Below are positions 28,529-39,213 of a DNA stretch of 45,450 bases, in pieces. The notes under the pieces were generated by a model. It ran no database searches, was not told the origin of the DNA, and worked only from the letters and a program-made list of their open reading frames with translations. The DNA is from Planctomycetaceae bacterium. GTDB lineage: Bacteria; Planctomycetota; Planctomycetia; Planctomycetales; Planctomycetaceae. The first letter of the stretch is position 1. Every line of letters starts with the position of its first letter. The stretch lies in NCBI GenBank assembly GCA_020426395.1, contig JAGQQC010000001.1:1-45450 (forward strand), given 5' to 3'. A program made the translations under genes and the position numbers.

Positions 28529-30763
28529 GTGGGAAGCGTGTCAGACAAAACGGATACCACGACCCAATCCGACTCCTTACGGGAAGTGATCGAGCAGTAT
28601 TGGGGGTACGATGATTTTCGCCCTTTGCAGGAAGCGGCGATGCTTTCTGTGGTTGAGAATCGAGATTCGCTGGTGGTGCTCCCCACTGGAGGGGGAAAGT
28701 CGCTCTGCTATCAAGTCCCTGCGATGACGATGGAGGGGCTGGCGATAGTGGTCAGCCCTTTGATTTCCCTGATGAAGGATCAGGTTGATGCCCTTCGAGC
28801 CTGTGGGATTCCCGCTGCTTATCTCAATAGTACGCTGAGCTGGGATGAATCTCGCGATATCTTCGACGAAATGCGTGCCGGCACGCTGAAGCTGCTGTAT
28901 GTTGCCCCCGAACGATTAATGAATAGTTACCTGCTGGAACAACTTGTGCAATGTGGGATTTCGTTTGTGGCTATTGATGAGGCACACTGCGTTAGCATGT
29001 GGGGACATGACTTTCGGCCTCACTACCGGGAGTTACAACAAATCCGTGAAGTCTTCCCGGAAGTCGCCGTGCATGCCTATACGGCGACCGCAACTGAACA
29101 AGTACGTCAGGATATTGTGAATCAATTGACTTTGCAGGAACCGGAAATTCTGGTGGGTTCTTTCGACCGGCCCAATCTTTCGTATTCTGTCGAACAGATT
29201 AATGACCGCATACAGCAGATCCGCACCGTGGTTGATCGGCATCCGGATGAATCGGGAATCGTGTACTGCATCTCGCGCAAAGAAGTCGAGAATGTCGCCA
29301 ATACATTAAACGAATTCGGTTACCGGGCCCTGCCCTATCATGCTGGCTTACCTGATGATGAACGGAGTGCGAATCAGGAATCGTTCATTGAAGACCGGAC
29401 CGATATCATCGTGGCGACAATTGCCTTCGGGATGGGGGTTGATAAACCGAATGTGCGGTATGTCATTCATGCCGGACTCCCCAAATCGTTGGAGAACTAT
29501 CAGCAGGAAAGTGGTCGCGCCGGACGAGATAATCTGGAGGCCGAATGTTGTCTCTTTTATTCCGAGGCGGATTTGTTTTCCTGGGAACGGATCTTGAGCG
29601 ATCAGCCTGATCAGGTTCGACAAGCCTCCCTGAATTCCATCCGCACGATGTTGGGTTACTGTCATGCCTATGTCTGTCGACATCAGCAGTTGGTGACTCA
29701 TTTCGGTCAGGTTCTGGAAGAAACGTGTGGACATCATTGCGATGTCTGTCGGGGGGATTTTGAACCTGTTGAGGAACCACTGGTTTTATCGCAAAAGATT
29801 TTATCCTCAGTCTATCGGCAAGATCAGCGGTTCGGGACAAGTTACACCGCTGCCGTATTAAAAGGATCCCGAGACAAAAAGGTACTTGCCAACGGACACA
29901 ACAGTTTGAGTACCTACGGTTTGTTGAAAAGCGAAAGTCTGGCCACAATTCGTAATTGGATCAATCAACTTGTCGCTCAGGAGTTTCTGCACAAAGAAGG
30001 AGAGGAATTTCAGGTTCTGAAATTGACGGAAACGGGTTGGCAGGTATTAAAGGGAGAACGCACCCCGACACTGATTCAACCTCGTATCGAAAGCAAGGCA
30101 GAACGGGCTAGCCGTCAGCGACAGGATGTCGAAGGAGACGCCTGGGACGGAGTGGATCACGATCTCTTTCAACATTTGCGGCAACTTCGTTTTGAAACGG
30201 CAGAGCAGCAGGGGCTTAAACCCTATATGGTTTTCAGTGACGAAACGTTACGTGGTCTCGCCCGGCATCGGCCTTCGACCTCGGAACATCTATTGGAAGT
30301 AAAAGGGATCGGGCAGAAAAAAAGTGAAGACTACGGCGAACGTTTTCTCACGGAGATCACGACCTGGTGTCAGACCCACCAATTGTCACAGGATATCGAT
30401 CTGGAGAAACCGGTGCCTCGAAAAAAAGCGGTCACCCCCACGAAGAAGTTGAACGAAACCGTTACTGAGGCCTTCAATCTGTTTGCGGATGGAAAAAATG
30501 TGTACCAGATTGCCGAAGAACTCGGACGAGCCGCCACCACGGTGAGTGGTTATCTGTCACGATATATTCAATATCACCAGCTCACCAATGCGACCCCCTG
30601 GGTGGATGAAAAAATAGTGGATCGAATTGAAACTGCCATTGATGAGGTCGGTGACGAACGGTTGCGTCCGATTTATGATTATTTGAATGAAGAGATTGAC
30701 TACGAACCGATTCGCATTGTTGTGGAATGTCGTCGTCAACGAGAATCACAACAGACCGATTGA
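28529..30763 (+). CDS. recQ: ATP-dependent DNA helicase RecQ
   Basis: PTGGGKSLCYQ, DEAHC, WGHDFRP, TATA, ATIAFGMG and YQQESGRAGRD motifs, with Zn-binding Cys, RQC, HRDC and C-terminal HTH domains. Alternative GTG start at 28538. Confidence 0.96.
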   Translation: MGSVSDKTDTTTQSDSLREVIEQYWGYDDFRPLQEAAMLSVVENRDSLVVLPTGGGKSLCYQVPAMTMEGLAIVVSPLISLMKDQVDALRACGIPAAYLNSTLSWDESRDIFDEMRAGTLKLLYVAPERLMNSYLLEQLVQCGISFVAIDEAHCVSMWGHDFRPHYRELQQIREVFPEVAVHAYTATATEQVRQDIVNQLTLQEPEILVGSFDRPNLSYSVEQINDRIQQIRTVVDRHPDESGIVYCISRKEVENVANTLNEFGYRALPYHAGLPDDERSANQESFIEDRTDIIVATIAFGMGVDKPNVRYVIHAGLPKSLENYQQESGRAGRDNLEAECCLFYSEADLFSWERILSDQPDQVRQASLNSIRTMLGYCHAYVCRHQQLVTHFGQVLEETCGHHCDVCRGDFEPVEEPLVLSQKILSSVYRQDQRFGTSYTAAVLKGSRDKKVLANGHNSLSTYGLLKSESLATIRNWINQLVAQEFLHKEGEEFQVLKLTETGWQVLKGERTPTLIQPRIESKAERASRQRQDVEGDAWDGVDHDLFQHLRQLRFETAEQQGLKPYMVFSDETLRGLARHRPSTSEHLLEVKGIGQKKSEDYGERFLTEITTWCQTHQLSQDIDLEKPVPRKKAVTPTKKLNETVTEAFNLFADGKNVYQIAEELGRAATTVSGYLSRYIQYHQLTNATPWVDEKIVDRIETAIDEVGDERLRPIYDYLNEEIDYEPIRIVVECRRQRESQQTD

Positions 30764-30789
30764 CTCAATTTTCCGTGGAGACAGAGCCA

Positions 30790-31467
30790 ATGATTCCTCG
30801 AGTGCTTGAACCGGAAGTCATGGACGATGCTGAAGAGGCCCGGGAATACAATGAGATGGACCACAGCGAAGTGAATCAGGTTTTCGTGACCGATTTGCTC
30901 TGGGAAGTCGCTCAATGCGGACTGGATGAAACGCTACGGGTGCTTGATGTTGGAACGGGGACGGCTCTCATCCCGATCGAACTTTGTTTACAGGCCACGG
31001 AATCTCATCAAATCATCGCCATTGATCTGGCCGAGGAGATGTTGAAGCTGGCTCGCAAAAATGTGGAAGAGGCCGGATTGGAAAACCAAGTTGAGTTGAA
31101 ACTGGTTGATGCGAAGGGTTTGCCCGAAGAACTTGGCTTGTTCGACCTCGTCATGTCGAACAGCATTGTGCATCATATTCCCGAACCGGGGCCAGTTCTC
31201 GGTGAGATGTATCGGGCGTTGAAACCGGGCGGCTTCTTGTTCGTACGTGATTTATTGCGACCGGCCCACGAAAAAGAATTGGAGCAACTGGTCGAACTGT
31301 ATGCAGGGGAAGAATCTCCCAGGGCCCGACAGTTGTTTACCGATTCGTTACGTGCGGCACTTACCTTAAAAGAACTGGATGCCCTTTGCCACGAGGCAGG
31401 GATCGATCGGTTCACTCTGAAGGCGACCTCGGACCGGCATTGGACATTGAGTGCTCTGAAGACTTAG
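30790..31467 (+). CDS. Class I SAM-dependent methyltransferase
   Basis: [26 protein letters not shown] and LKPGG motifs. ATG 30790 ([12 protein letters not shown]) preferred. Confidence 0.88.
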   Translation: MIPRVLEPEVMDDAEEAREYNEMDHSEVNQVFVTDLLWEVAQCGLDETLRVLDVGTGTALIPIELCLQATESHQIIAIDLAEEMLKLARKNVEEAGLENQVELKLVDAKGLPEELGLFDLVMSNSIVHHIPEPGPVLGEMYRALKPGGFLFVRDLLRPAHEKELEQLVELYAGEESPRARQLFTDSLRAALTLKELDALCHEAGIDRFTLKATSDRHWTLSALKT

Positions 31468-33023
31468 GTCACCACTTTATTCACTGCGGCTTTGATCCGT
31501 TCGATCGATTTGTCTTTGCCAACAAGCAACAGGCAGTCGTAGACTCCTGGCCCGACGGGGCTGCCGGTGACGGCGATGCGGAGGCCATGGATTAAGAGAC
31601 CGGTCGAAACCTCTTTTTCTTCGCACAAGGTTTTTAACGTCTCTTCCAGGTTTTCGACGGTGAACTCGTCCAGCTCGGCGATGCGGACGCTGTATTCGGT
31701 GAGTAATTCGGGGACACCTTCTTTAGCGACCCGTTTATTGAAATCTTTCTCACTGTAAGCAATATCTTCCTGGAAGAAGTAGGCGACATCGAGGATGTCG
31801 GAGAAGAGTTTCAACCGATCACCCAGTGAGAGAATGACCGAGCCGATAAAACCATGCTCGACATTTTCAGCCGTTTCCTCAATGATCCCGGCATTCACAA
31901 GATAGGGCGTGCAGCCATCAATTTTTTCTTCGAGGCTTAATTCACTCATCCAGTGACTTTGAAAACTGAAGAGCTTGTCCGGGTCGAGAGCGGCCGAATT
32001 TTTCACGACGCGGTCGAGCGTAAAATGTTCGATCACGGTATCGAGGGAAAGAATTTCTGTTTTGTCATCCAGCGACCAGCCGGTTCGTGCGAGTGAGTTC
32101 AGCACCCCTGCGGGAAGATAGCCGATCTTTTCATAATACTCGACCATCACCGGGTTCAATGTCTCGGAACTACCCAGTCCAATCATCGGGAAGACCTGAT
32201 CCGCCCGATCGAACATCTTTTTGAAATTCGGATTCGTCCGGTATTTACTCAAATCCCGTTTGCTCAATTTTTTCGTCGTACCTGGTGCCGTGACAAAGGG
32301 GATGTGCGCGAACGTAGGAATCTCGTTTCCGAGTGCCTGATGCAGTAGAACCTGAGTGGGGGTATTGGAAAGATGTTCCTCGGCCCGAATCACGTGGGTG
32401 ATTTTCATGCCGGCGTCATCAACAACCGTCGCGAAGTTATACAGCGGCGTTCCGTCAGTTCGCTGAATAACGGGGTCAGAAATCAGGCTGGCGTCCCATT
32501 CGACATGTCCGCGGATTTCATCTTCGATTTCGACTTTCTGATCCCGGGGGACAAGAAATCGAACAACTGCCGGACGCCCTTCTTCTTCATATTGCTTCAA
32601 CGTCGCCTCGGGCAATTCGAGTGAACGGCGGATGTTGATATAAGGTCGCTTTTCTTTCTGAGCCGCTTCCCGGTCTGCCTGAATTTGTTCGGGAGTGTCG
32701 TAATCGCGATACGCTTTTCCTTCCGCCAGCAGTTTTTCAACTGCCGCCGAGTAAAGTTCCCCTCGTTCCGATTGAAAGTAGGGGCCATGCGGTCCACCCA
32801 CTTCGGGTCCTTCATCCCAATCGAGATTGAGCCATTTGAAGGCCTGCAGAATGGGGCCGAGGGCTTCCTCCACATTTCTCTGGCGGTCGGTGTCGTCCAC
32901 CCGCAATACGAAGACACCGTTATTGTGTCGAGCCCACAACCAGTTGAAGAGAGCGGTACGCATCCCTCCGATATGCATATAACCGGTCGGACTGGGGGCA
33001 AAACGGGTTCGGACTGTTGTCAT
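31464..33023 (-). CDS. gltX: Glutamate--tRNA ligase
   Basis: [37 protein letters not shown] and KLSKR motifs, with an anticodon-binding domain. Confidence 0.95.
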   Translation of the reverse strand: MTTVRTRFAPSPTGYMHIGGMRTALFNWLWARHNNGVFVLRVDDTDRQRNVEEALGPILQAFKWLNLDWDEGPEVGGPHGPYFQSERGELYSAAVEKLLAEGKAYRDYDTPEQIQADREAAQKEKRPYINIRRSLELPEATLKQYEEEGRPAVVRFLVPRDQKVEIEDEIRGHVEWDASLISDPVIQRTDGTPLYNFATVVDDAGMKITHVIRAEEHLSNTPTQVLLHQALGNEIPTFAHIPFVTAPGTTKKLSKRDLSKYRTNPNFKKMFDRADQVFPMIGLGSSETLNPVMVEYYEKIGYLPAGVLNSLARTGWSLDDKTEILSLDTVIEHFTLDRVVKNSAALDPDKLFSFQSHWMSELSLEEKIDGCTPYLVNAGIIEETAENVEHGFIGSVILSLGDRLKLFSDILDVAYFFQEDIAYSEKDFNKRVAKEGVPELLTEYSVRIAELDEFTVENLEETLKTLCEEKEVSTGLLIHGLRIAVTGSPVGPGVYDCLLLVGKDKSIERIKAAVNKVVT

Positions 33024-33281
33024 GGTGATCAATATTTCGGTTTGAGAAGGCCAACCTGGGGAGACAGGTTTTGTTGGTGGAGACCTGAGGACAGGGATGC
33101 GATTTTAGGAGAGCCGTCCTTACCTGGTCAAGGAATGCTCGATTCGGAGAAAAGATAGGTGTTTTCCCGTTGAAAAAGGAATCTCCCGGGACCGGAGGTT
33201 GCATCTTCCCTCGCCGCACTTAACCATATAGGTCCATTTGATTTTGTCTGTTGGCTCTCGTCTGTACAGAAAGTTTTAGGT

Positions 33282-34373
33282 ATGTTGCCCCGTTCCTTAT
33301 TCACGCTCACGATCCTCTTGGTCTGTTCTCTGTCACTTCCGGCAGCGGAAGAAGAGACTTACGATTCCAATACGACGGCCCCGCAGCCGGGCGTTCTCAA
33401 GCAGGAGTTCGTATACGAAGTCCCCCTGCATCCCCAATGTCATGCGACGACAATTGCCGAAACACCGAGCGGTCTGGTCTGTGCCTGGTTTGGAGGAACC
33501 CACGAGAAAAACCCGGATGTTGGTATCTGGTACTCAATGAATTTCGACGGAACGTGGACTGAACCGCTGGAACTCTTTAACGGCGTTCAAGAGGATGGTA
33601 CCCGGCACCCGTGTTGGAACCCAGTACTGCATAAAGTCCAGGATGGGCCCCTCATACTGTTCTACAAAGTCGGCCCCGATCCTCGAACCTGGTGGGGAAT
33701 GATGGCTAAAAGTTATGACGATGGCAAAAGCTGGCAAAAACCGGTTCGCCTGCCGGATGAAATTCCGGGGCCGATCAAAAACAAACCATTCACCCTCACA
33801 GACGGAACCCTGCTCTCCCCAACCAGTACTGAAAACGCAGGTTGGCGGGTCCAGATTGACTGGACGAAAGACCAAGGTCGGACTTGGCATTCAAGTGGCC
33901 CACTCAACGATGGAGAAGAGATCGGCGCGATTCAACCTTCGATTGTGCAATACGGAGATCGGTTGCAGATTCTCTGTCGGAGTCGGCAGGGGAGAATTGC
34001 CGAAGCGTGGTCTGACGACTGGGGCCGCAGTTGGTCCGAGATGACGCTGAGCGAGATGCCGAACAACAATTCGGGTACGGATGCCGTCAATCTGAAAGAT
34101 GGGGGCGTTGTCCTGATTTATAACCATGTTGGCAACGGTCGCCGAGATCGCTCTCCGCTCAACCTGGCCTACACCAAAGATGGCAAAAATTGGCAGGCCG
34201 CGCTCGTGCTGGAATCGAATCCAGGTGAGTATTCCTACCCGGCCATCATTCAAGCTTCCGATGGTTTGGTGCATGCCACCTATACCTACAAACGTCGCCG
34301 CGTGAAGCACGTGGTCATTGACCCTGCGAAGCTCGAATTTAGCCCCATTCAGGACGGTGTCTGGCCTGAATAG
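33282..34373 (+). CDS. Secreted BNR-repeat sialidase-family protein
   Basis: Signal peptide, Asp boxes (SYDDGKSW, TKDQGRTW, SDDWGRSW), RSPL and EYSYP. Confidence 0.85.
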   Translation: MLPRSLFTLTILLVCSLSLPAAEEETYDSNTTAPQPGVLKQEFVYEVPLHPQCHATTIAETPSGLVCAWFGGTHEKNPDVGIWYSMNFDGTWTEPLELFNGVQEDGTRHPCWNPVLHKVQDGPLILFYKVGPDPRTWWGMMAKSYDDGKSWQKPVRLPDEIPGPIKNKPFTLTDGTLLSPTSTENAGWRVQIDWTKDQGRTWHSSGPLNDGEEIGAIQPSIVQYGDRLQILCRSRQGRIAEAWSDDWGRSWSEMTLSEMPNNNSGTDAVNLKDGGVVLIYNHVGNGRRDRSPLNLAYTKDGKNWQAALVLESNPGEYSYPAIIQASDGLVHATYTYKRRRVKHVVIDPAKLEFSPIQDGVWPE

Positions 34374-34417
34374 AAACTTCCTGTATCGACTGGATTTTCC
34401 AGTTCGACTTAAGTCGC

Positions 34418-34451
34418 AAAAGCGCCCGCCTTATCCCGGCGGGCGTTTTTT
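34418..34451 (+). terminator. Rho-independent terminator
   Basis: AAAAGCGCCCGCC-TTATCCC-GGCGGGCGTTTTTT. Confidence 0.88.
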
Positions 34452-34694
34452 CGTTTCTGTAATCAACCTAGTTTGCCTTCGTTGAAATTCTCAGAATTCG
34501 GGATAGCAGGAATTCGAAAGATTTGTCAGAATGCCGCCCGCTCTCATGCGACTGTGAGCTCTCTCAGTCCGATGACAAATAGTGGAGGAATCAGCGCGCT
34601 GATCAGGAGGATCAAACCCGGCTGGATTTCTCTCCAATTCCGATTCTTAATTTAGACTATACGCTAATAAACGACTTCACAGGGTGATTGAACC

Positions 34695-35738
34695 ATGGAT
34701 GGATTTGGTGGGCACGACGATCAGGCTTTCCAACAGGATCAGGGCTGGCAACCGGAGGTGGTTGAGCAGCACGATCAGGGGGAACAGAACGAGAATCCCG
34801 GTGGCGGTAAGCGTCGCCTTGGTCGGGGGTTATCTGCCCTGCTCGGCGGTCGCAGCAACGATGGTGAACGGATCATTGAAGGGGAAGAGAATTTCGAATC
34901 CTCTTCGTCTTCAAGCGATTCCAGCCACATTGATGTCGAACTGATCGAACGCAACCCGTCTCAACCACGGAAACAATTCAGTGAAGTTGCCCTGAACGAT
35001 CTGGCCAACTCGATCAAGATGCACGGCCTGTTGCAGCCGGTTCTGGTCCGTCCACATGAAGGCAAATATCAGCTGATCGCCGGGGAGCGTCGCTGGTTGG
35101 CCGCGAAGCAGGCGGGACTGACGGCAATTCCATGCCGTGTGCTGGAGTTGTCCGACCAATATGTCGCCGAAGCAGCCCTGGAAGAAAACCTCAAGCGGGA
35201 AGATTTGAATGCCCTGGAGAAAGGGGAAGCATTCAAAGAGATGCTCGACCGCTTCTCACTACGGATTGAAGATCTCGCCGCTCGAATGAGTATGGATCGT
35301 TCGACCGTCACGAACCTGATTCGCTTACTTGAATTGAGCGAGCCCGTTAAAGAAGAATTGCGAAACGACCGGATTACCAACGGTCACGCCCGGGCCTTAC
35401 TCGCTGTCACTGATCATGAAGCTCAAGCGGACTTATGTCGGCAGATTATCGATCAGAAAGCATCCGTCCGAAAAACCGAAAAGTTAGTCAAAGACTGGCA
35501 GAAACAGGGCGAAGAAGGGGCGGAAACAATTCCGTTCCCGGGCAACGATCAGGGGGAGAAAAAAGGCCCGCCTGAAATGTCGAACCATCTTCTGTCCTTG
35601 CAGGAACAGTTGCGACAAATACTCGGTGCCCAGGTCGAAATCAAACTGAAAACCAACGACAGCGGTCAAATCCAGATTCCATTTACTTCAAACGAAGACT
35701 TCGAACGGATTCTAAACGTCGTTCGTAGAGCGGCCTGA
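34695..35738 (+). CDS. parB: Chromosome partitioning protein ParB/Spo0J
   Basis: LGRGLSALL, NP.QPRK.F, GLLQPVLV, IAGERR, ENL.REDL, HTH and GHARALL motifs. Confidence 0.94.
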   Translation: MDGFGGHDDQAFQQDQGWQPEVVEQHDQGEQNENPGGGKRRLGRGLSALLGGRSNDGERIIEGEENFESSSSSSDSSHIDVELIERNPSQPRKQFSEVALNDLANSIKMHGLLQPVLVRPHEGKYQLIAGERRWLAAKQAGLTAIPCRVLELSDQYVAEAALEENLKREDLNALEKGEAFKEMLDRFSLRIEDLAARMSMDRSTVTNLIRLLELSEPVKEELRNDRITNGHARALLAVTDHEAQADLCRQIIDQKASVRKTEKLVKDWQKQGEEGAETIPFPGNDQGEKKGPPEMSNHLLSLQEQLRQILGAQVEIKLKTNDSGQIQIPFTSNEDFERILNVVRRAA

Positions 35739-35749
35739 TTGAGGGGCGC

Positions 35750-36208
35750 TCACGATGGTTTTTTCTTCCGTTGAAATGGGTAAAACCAGCTTCCGTAAGG
35801 TTTAACCAACGGGGGAATTGGTTCATCGTACCGAATTGGATTGGCCAGTTCCCAGGCAAACTGCCCCGCAAGCACTTTCGCGGGAACCTGTGCGCGCCGC
35901 TCATCCTGTGAGGTGGCCCGGCGAGTGTGCATGAGTTCGATTTCACCCACGACGACCGCATGTGGTAGTTCTTGCAGTTGCAACTGATGTACTTCAATGC
36001 GCTGTCGGGAATAGTCTGCATCCGCATGTTGCCGGGACGCATACAGGTACAGCTTACCTCGATACTGCGTGTTCCAATTACGGATCTCGATCGTCTTGAT
36101 GCCTCGCAAAATCAGTTCCAGCCAGGGATATCGAATCCCGAGCGCAGGTCGATTTAGATCGACTCCGGTGGGAAGCTGTTTATTATCCTTTGGCGAAGAG
36201 CGAGTCAT
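35750..36208 (-). CDS. ASCH-domain protein
   Basis: ALGIRYPW..LIL.G.KTIEIR (GxKxxExR), YRG.LYLYAS and FAWEL motifs. Confidence 0.85.
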   Translation of the reverse strand: MTRSSPKDNKQLPTGVDLNRPALGIRYPWLELILRGIKTIEIRNWNTQYRGKLYLYASRQHADADYSRQRIEVHQLQLQELPHAVVVGEIELMHTRRATSQDERRAQVPAKVLAGQFAWELANPIRYDEPIPPLVKPYGSWFYPFQRKKKPS

Positions 36209-36265
36209 GTGGGTGACGTTACTTTGATGAAGTTGCTACTTCGTGAAATTGAGGGGGGAAGCAGG

Positions 36266-37348
36266 TCAATAACTCGTTTCTTCCAGTTTCACTTTACCGC
36301 GATAGGTCCAGTAAATGACCGCGCTATAGGTCAGGACACAGGGCATTCCGATCAGGGCGATTAAGAGCATGATGGCGAGCGTTCGTTCGCTGCTGGCCGC
36401 GTTCAAAATCGTCACGCTGTGAGAGGCATCGTTACTCGCAGGAATTAGAAACGGAAACAGGGCGGTAATAAATAAGACCACAAAGGCAGCGATAACGCAA
36501 CTGCTGCTGAAGAAGGCATGTCCTTCAATACCTTTGGAAATCGCCCGGGGAATATTCAATACCGCCAACACGTTCAACACGGGGATGATCCAGAGGTACG
36601 GATAGTCGTGCAACGTCTCCAAGGCTCGCGGGATACTCAGCGCGGTCCAACTGGTCACAATGACAAATAGAATGGCGAAGACGAAAAACATTCGCCACAT
36701 GACCGGACGTAATCGTTGCTGGAAATCACCTTCCATCTTTAAGTACAGAAAGATAGAACCATGGAGCGCAAATGCGAATATCCCCAGGAGCCCCACTGTC
36801 AGTGAGTACGGGTTTAATAGTTGTCCGAACGAGCCGATGAATTCGTGGTGAGGATCGAGCGGTACGCCGATCATCATGTTGCCCACGGCCACTCCAAACA
36901 AAAACGTAGCCAGACAGGAACCCAGGAAAAAGGCACCGTCCCAAACTTTACGCCAGGTCGAGGAAAGAACTTTACCCCGGAATTCCAGACTGACGGCCCG
37001 CAGTATCAGCGCAAACAGAAGCAGCATCAAAGGAAGATAAAATCCGCTGAAGACGGTGGCGTATGCTTCCGGAAAGGCGGCGAATAGGGCCCCTCCGAAC
37101 GTGACCAGCCAGACTTCGTTTCCATCCCATAGGGGACCGATACTGTTCATCACGAGACGTCGTTCGGTGTTGGTTTTGGCGACGAAAGGATGCAGAATGC
37201 CCACTCCCAGGTCAAATCCATCCAGAATCGCGTAACCAGTGAGGAGCACTGCCAACAATAGAAACCAGATGTAAGAGAGCATCTCCCGGCTGAGGGAAAA
37301 GAGGTTTTCTTCAGCGAAAAGTGTCATGTACGGCATGAGGTCATTCAT
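36266..37348 (-). CDS. cydB: Cytochrome bd oxidase subunit II
   Basis: [37 protein letters not shown] and NAASS motifs. GGAGGAG RBS before ATG 37348, overlapping the cydA stop. Confidence 0.95.
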   Translation of the reverse strand: MNDLMPYMTLFAEENLFSLSREMLSYIWFLLLAVLLTGYAILDGFDLGVGILHPFVAKTNTERRLVMNSIGPLWDGNEVWLVTFGGALFAAFPEAYATVFSGFYLPLMLLLFALILRAVSLEFRGKVLSSTWRKVWDGAFFLGSCLATFLFGVAVGNMMIGVPLDPHHEFIGSFGQLLNPYSLTVGLLGIFAFALHGSIFLYLKMEGDFQQRLRPVMWRMFFVFAILFVIVTSWTALSIPRALETLHDYPYLWIIPVLNVLAVLNIPRAISKGIEGHAFFSSSCVIAAFVVLFITALFPFLIPASNDASHSVTILNAASSERTLAIMLLIALIGMPCVLTYSAVIYWTYRGKVKLEETSY

Positions 37349-38975
37349 GATCTTCTCCTCCCGGTAATCCGGCATCCGCCAGATGGTGCGGTCCTTCGCC
37401 CTGCGACTTGAAGATGTCCACCAGGCTACTTTCGCCAAAGCCCTCTTCTGGTGGGTCGGGGCCATGTTGAATTTTCTTGTTCAAAATGAACACCCAAACT
37501 GCTCCAAGCAACACATAGATCATGAGGAACATGACAATCGACGCAGCCACCTGTTCTGCTTCCACTGCTTTACTCACACCGTCGGCGGTACTCAATCCTG
37601 CATAACGTTCGTAGGGTGTCCCATTCGGAAGTTCGGTTTTCACTTTTTCGTATTGAATGAATCCTTCTTCATCAAGCACAGGTTGCCCATTCTCGTCAGT
37701 AACGATGGAGGGATGCACAATCCAGGGTTGTCGACCAACCTCTGCGGCAACCCAGCCAATTTGGTTCGCGATCACGGCGAATAATACGCTGACACAAAAA
37801 GCCCGCATGACCCAGCGGTTCTGGAACAAGGTTCCCCTCCAGAGCAGGAAATAACTGTAAACAGTCAAGAAGATAAAGAAGGTGCCGACGCCGATCATCA
37901 CTCGCCAGGAGATAAACGGCAGCCAGAGGGGAGGCCGATGTTCCGGGCGAATTTGATCGAGCCCGATGACGGGTTCACTGAAACTCAAATCATCGTGCGT
38001 TAAAAAACTGAGCCCGCCCGGAATGGCGACGCGCATATGCACGGTTTCCGCTTCTGCGTCTGGAATTCCGAAGAGAGTTAGATCCGCTGGCCCTTCACTA
38101 TCAAAGTGTCCTTCAAAAGTCGCCAGCTTAGCCGGTTGATAACGGTAGACATTCTGTGCCTGTTGATGGCCATTAAACGCGATCAGAATACTACTGATCG
38201 TGGCGAGAGAAAGTGCTCCCAGAAAACTTCGCTTGGCAAACTCCACATGTTTTCCCTTGAGAATATACCACGCACAGATGCTCAAAATGAAAAAAGAACC
38301 CATGATGAAACAACCGAGCAGCACATGCGAGAGACGATGAAAGGTCGAGGGATTCAGTACCATCGCCCAGAAGTCGGTAACTTCGGCACGCATCACAGGA
38401 ACGCCGTCGATAATCCAGGGTTCGGTGACGAGAGAGCCGTTGGCGTCGAAGAGACGTTCTCCCTGTTCGTTAAGAACTTCACGTGTCATCGGGACAATGT
38501 GACTGCCCGCAGGAGTTTGTTGCCAGGAGTTGGCGACCACGATCCAGATACTGGAAAAGATACTACCGAGTGCCACCATGCAAGTGGAAAAGAAATGCAT
38601 TTTGGGCCCGACCTTATTCCAACCGAAGATCAACACCGAGAGAAAACCGGATTCCAGAAAAAAAGCGAAAATGCCTTCTGCTGCGAGAGCGGAGCCAAAG
38701 ACATCTCCCACGAACCGGGAATAAGTCGCCCAGTTGGTGCCAAACTGGAATTCCATCACAATTCCCGATGCGACACCGATGGCGAAATTTAATCCGAAGA
38801 TTCGGGTCCAGAATTTCTGGGCCTGTTGATAGGCCGGATCCCGGGTTTTCAAGTACATCCCTCCCAGGTAAACCAGCACGACTCCCATCCCGATGGTCAA
38901 TGGTGGGAATAGGTAATGGAACATCACCGTTAATGCAAACTGAATGCGGGATAACGTGACGAGATCCAGTTCCAT
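37341..38975 (-). CDS. cydA: Cytochrome bd oxidase subunit I
   Basis: RIQFA...FH.LF (H19-equivalent), [37 protein letters not shown] and [10 protein letters not shown] motifs. Confidence 0.95.
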   Translation of the reverse strand: MELDLVTLSRIQFALTVMFHYLFPPLTIGMGVVLVYLGGMYLKTRDPAYQQAQKFWTRIFGLNFAIGVASGIVMEFQFGTNWATYSRFVGDVFGSALAAEGIFAFFLESGFLSVLIFGWNKVGPKMHFFSTCMVALGSIFSSIWIVVANSWQQTPAGSHIVPMTREVLNEQGERLFDANGSLVTEPWIIDGVPVMRAEVTDFWAMVLNPSTFHRLSHVLLGCFIMGSFFILSICAWYILKGKHVEFAKRSFLGALSLATISSILIAFNGHQQAQNVYRYQPAKLATFEGHFDSEGPADLTLFGIPDAEAETVHMRVAIPGGLSFLTHDDLSFSEPVIGLDQIRPEHRPPLWLPFISWRVMIGVGTFFIFLTVYSYFLLWRGTLFQNRWVMRAFCVSVLFAVIANQIGWVAAEVGRQPWIVHPSIVTDENGQPVLDEEGFIQYEKVKTELPNGTPYERYAGLSTADGVSKAVEAEQVAASIVMFLMIYVLLGAVWVFILNKKIQHGPDPPEEGFGESSLVDIFKSQGEGPHHLADAGLPGGEDHE

Positions 38976-39087
38976 AACGGATGAATCCTCATGGTAAAGA
39001 GACAGAAAGAGATGGCCCAAGTTCAGGCGTATGATTACGTGTTGTGGGATTCTGTCACTAACGATTCATTCGGAAAGCAACAGGTTA

Positions 39088-39106
39088 TCAGAATTGAGAA
39101 TTCTGA
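39088..39106. promoter_or_regulatory. Perfect 8-3-8 palindrome, candidate transcription-factor site
   Basis: TCAGAATT-GAG-AATTCTGA in the divergent region between cydA and the RNase HII-like gene. Confidence 0.4.
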
Positions 39107-39213
39107 GAAGCAGAATCCCAGAATTGATTTGAACAGTCCTCTGTTATACAACGGAACTTATCAAAGAAGATGTCTCCCTCCTTATTGAGTTATTGAGCGG
39201 AAGGTGCGGTCGT

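Noticed and set aside
31464-31467. 4-bp convergent overlap of the methyltransferase and gltX
   Set aside because: Common stop-codon overlap with no sign of special function.
34374-35760. parS site near parB
   Set aside because: No TGTTTCACGTGAAACA-like palindrome found by eye. CGACTTAAGTCG at 34405-34416 does not resemble it.
37349-37465. Long cydB/cydA overlap implied by the ORF track
   Set aside because: A strong RBS supports ATG 37348, which leaves only an 8-bp overlap.
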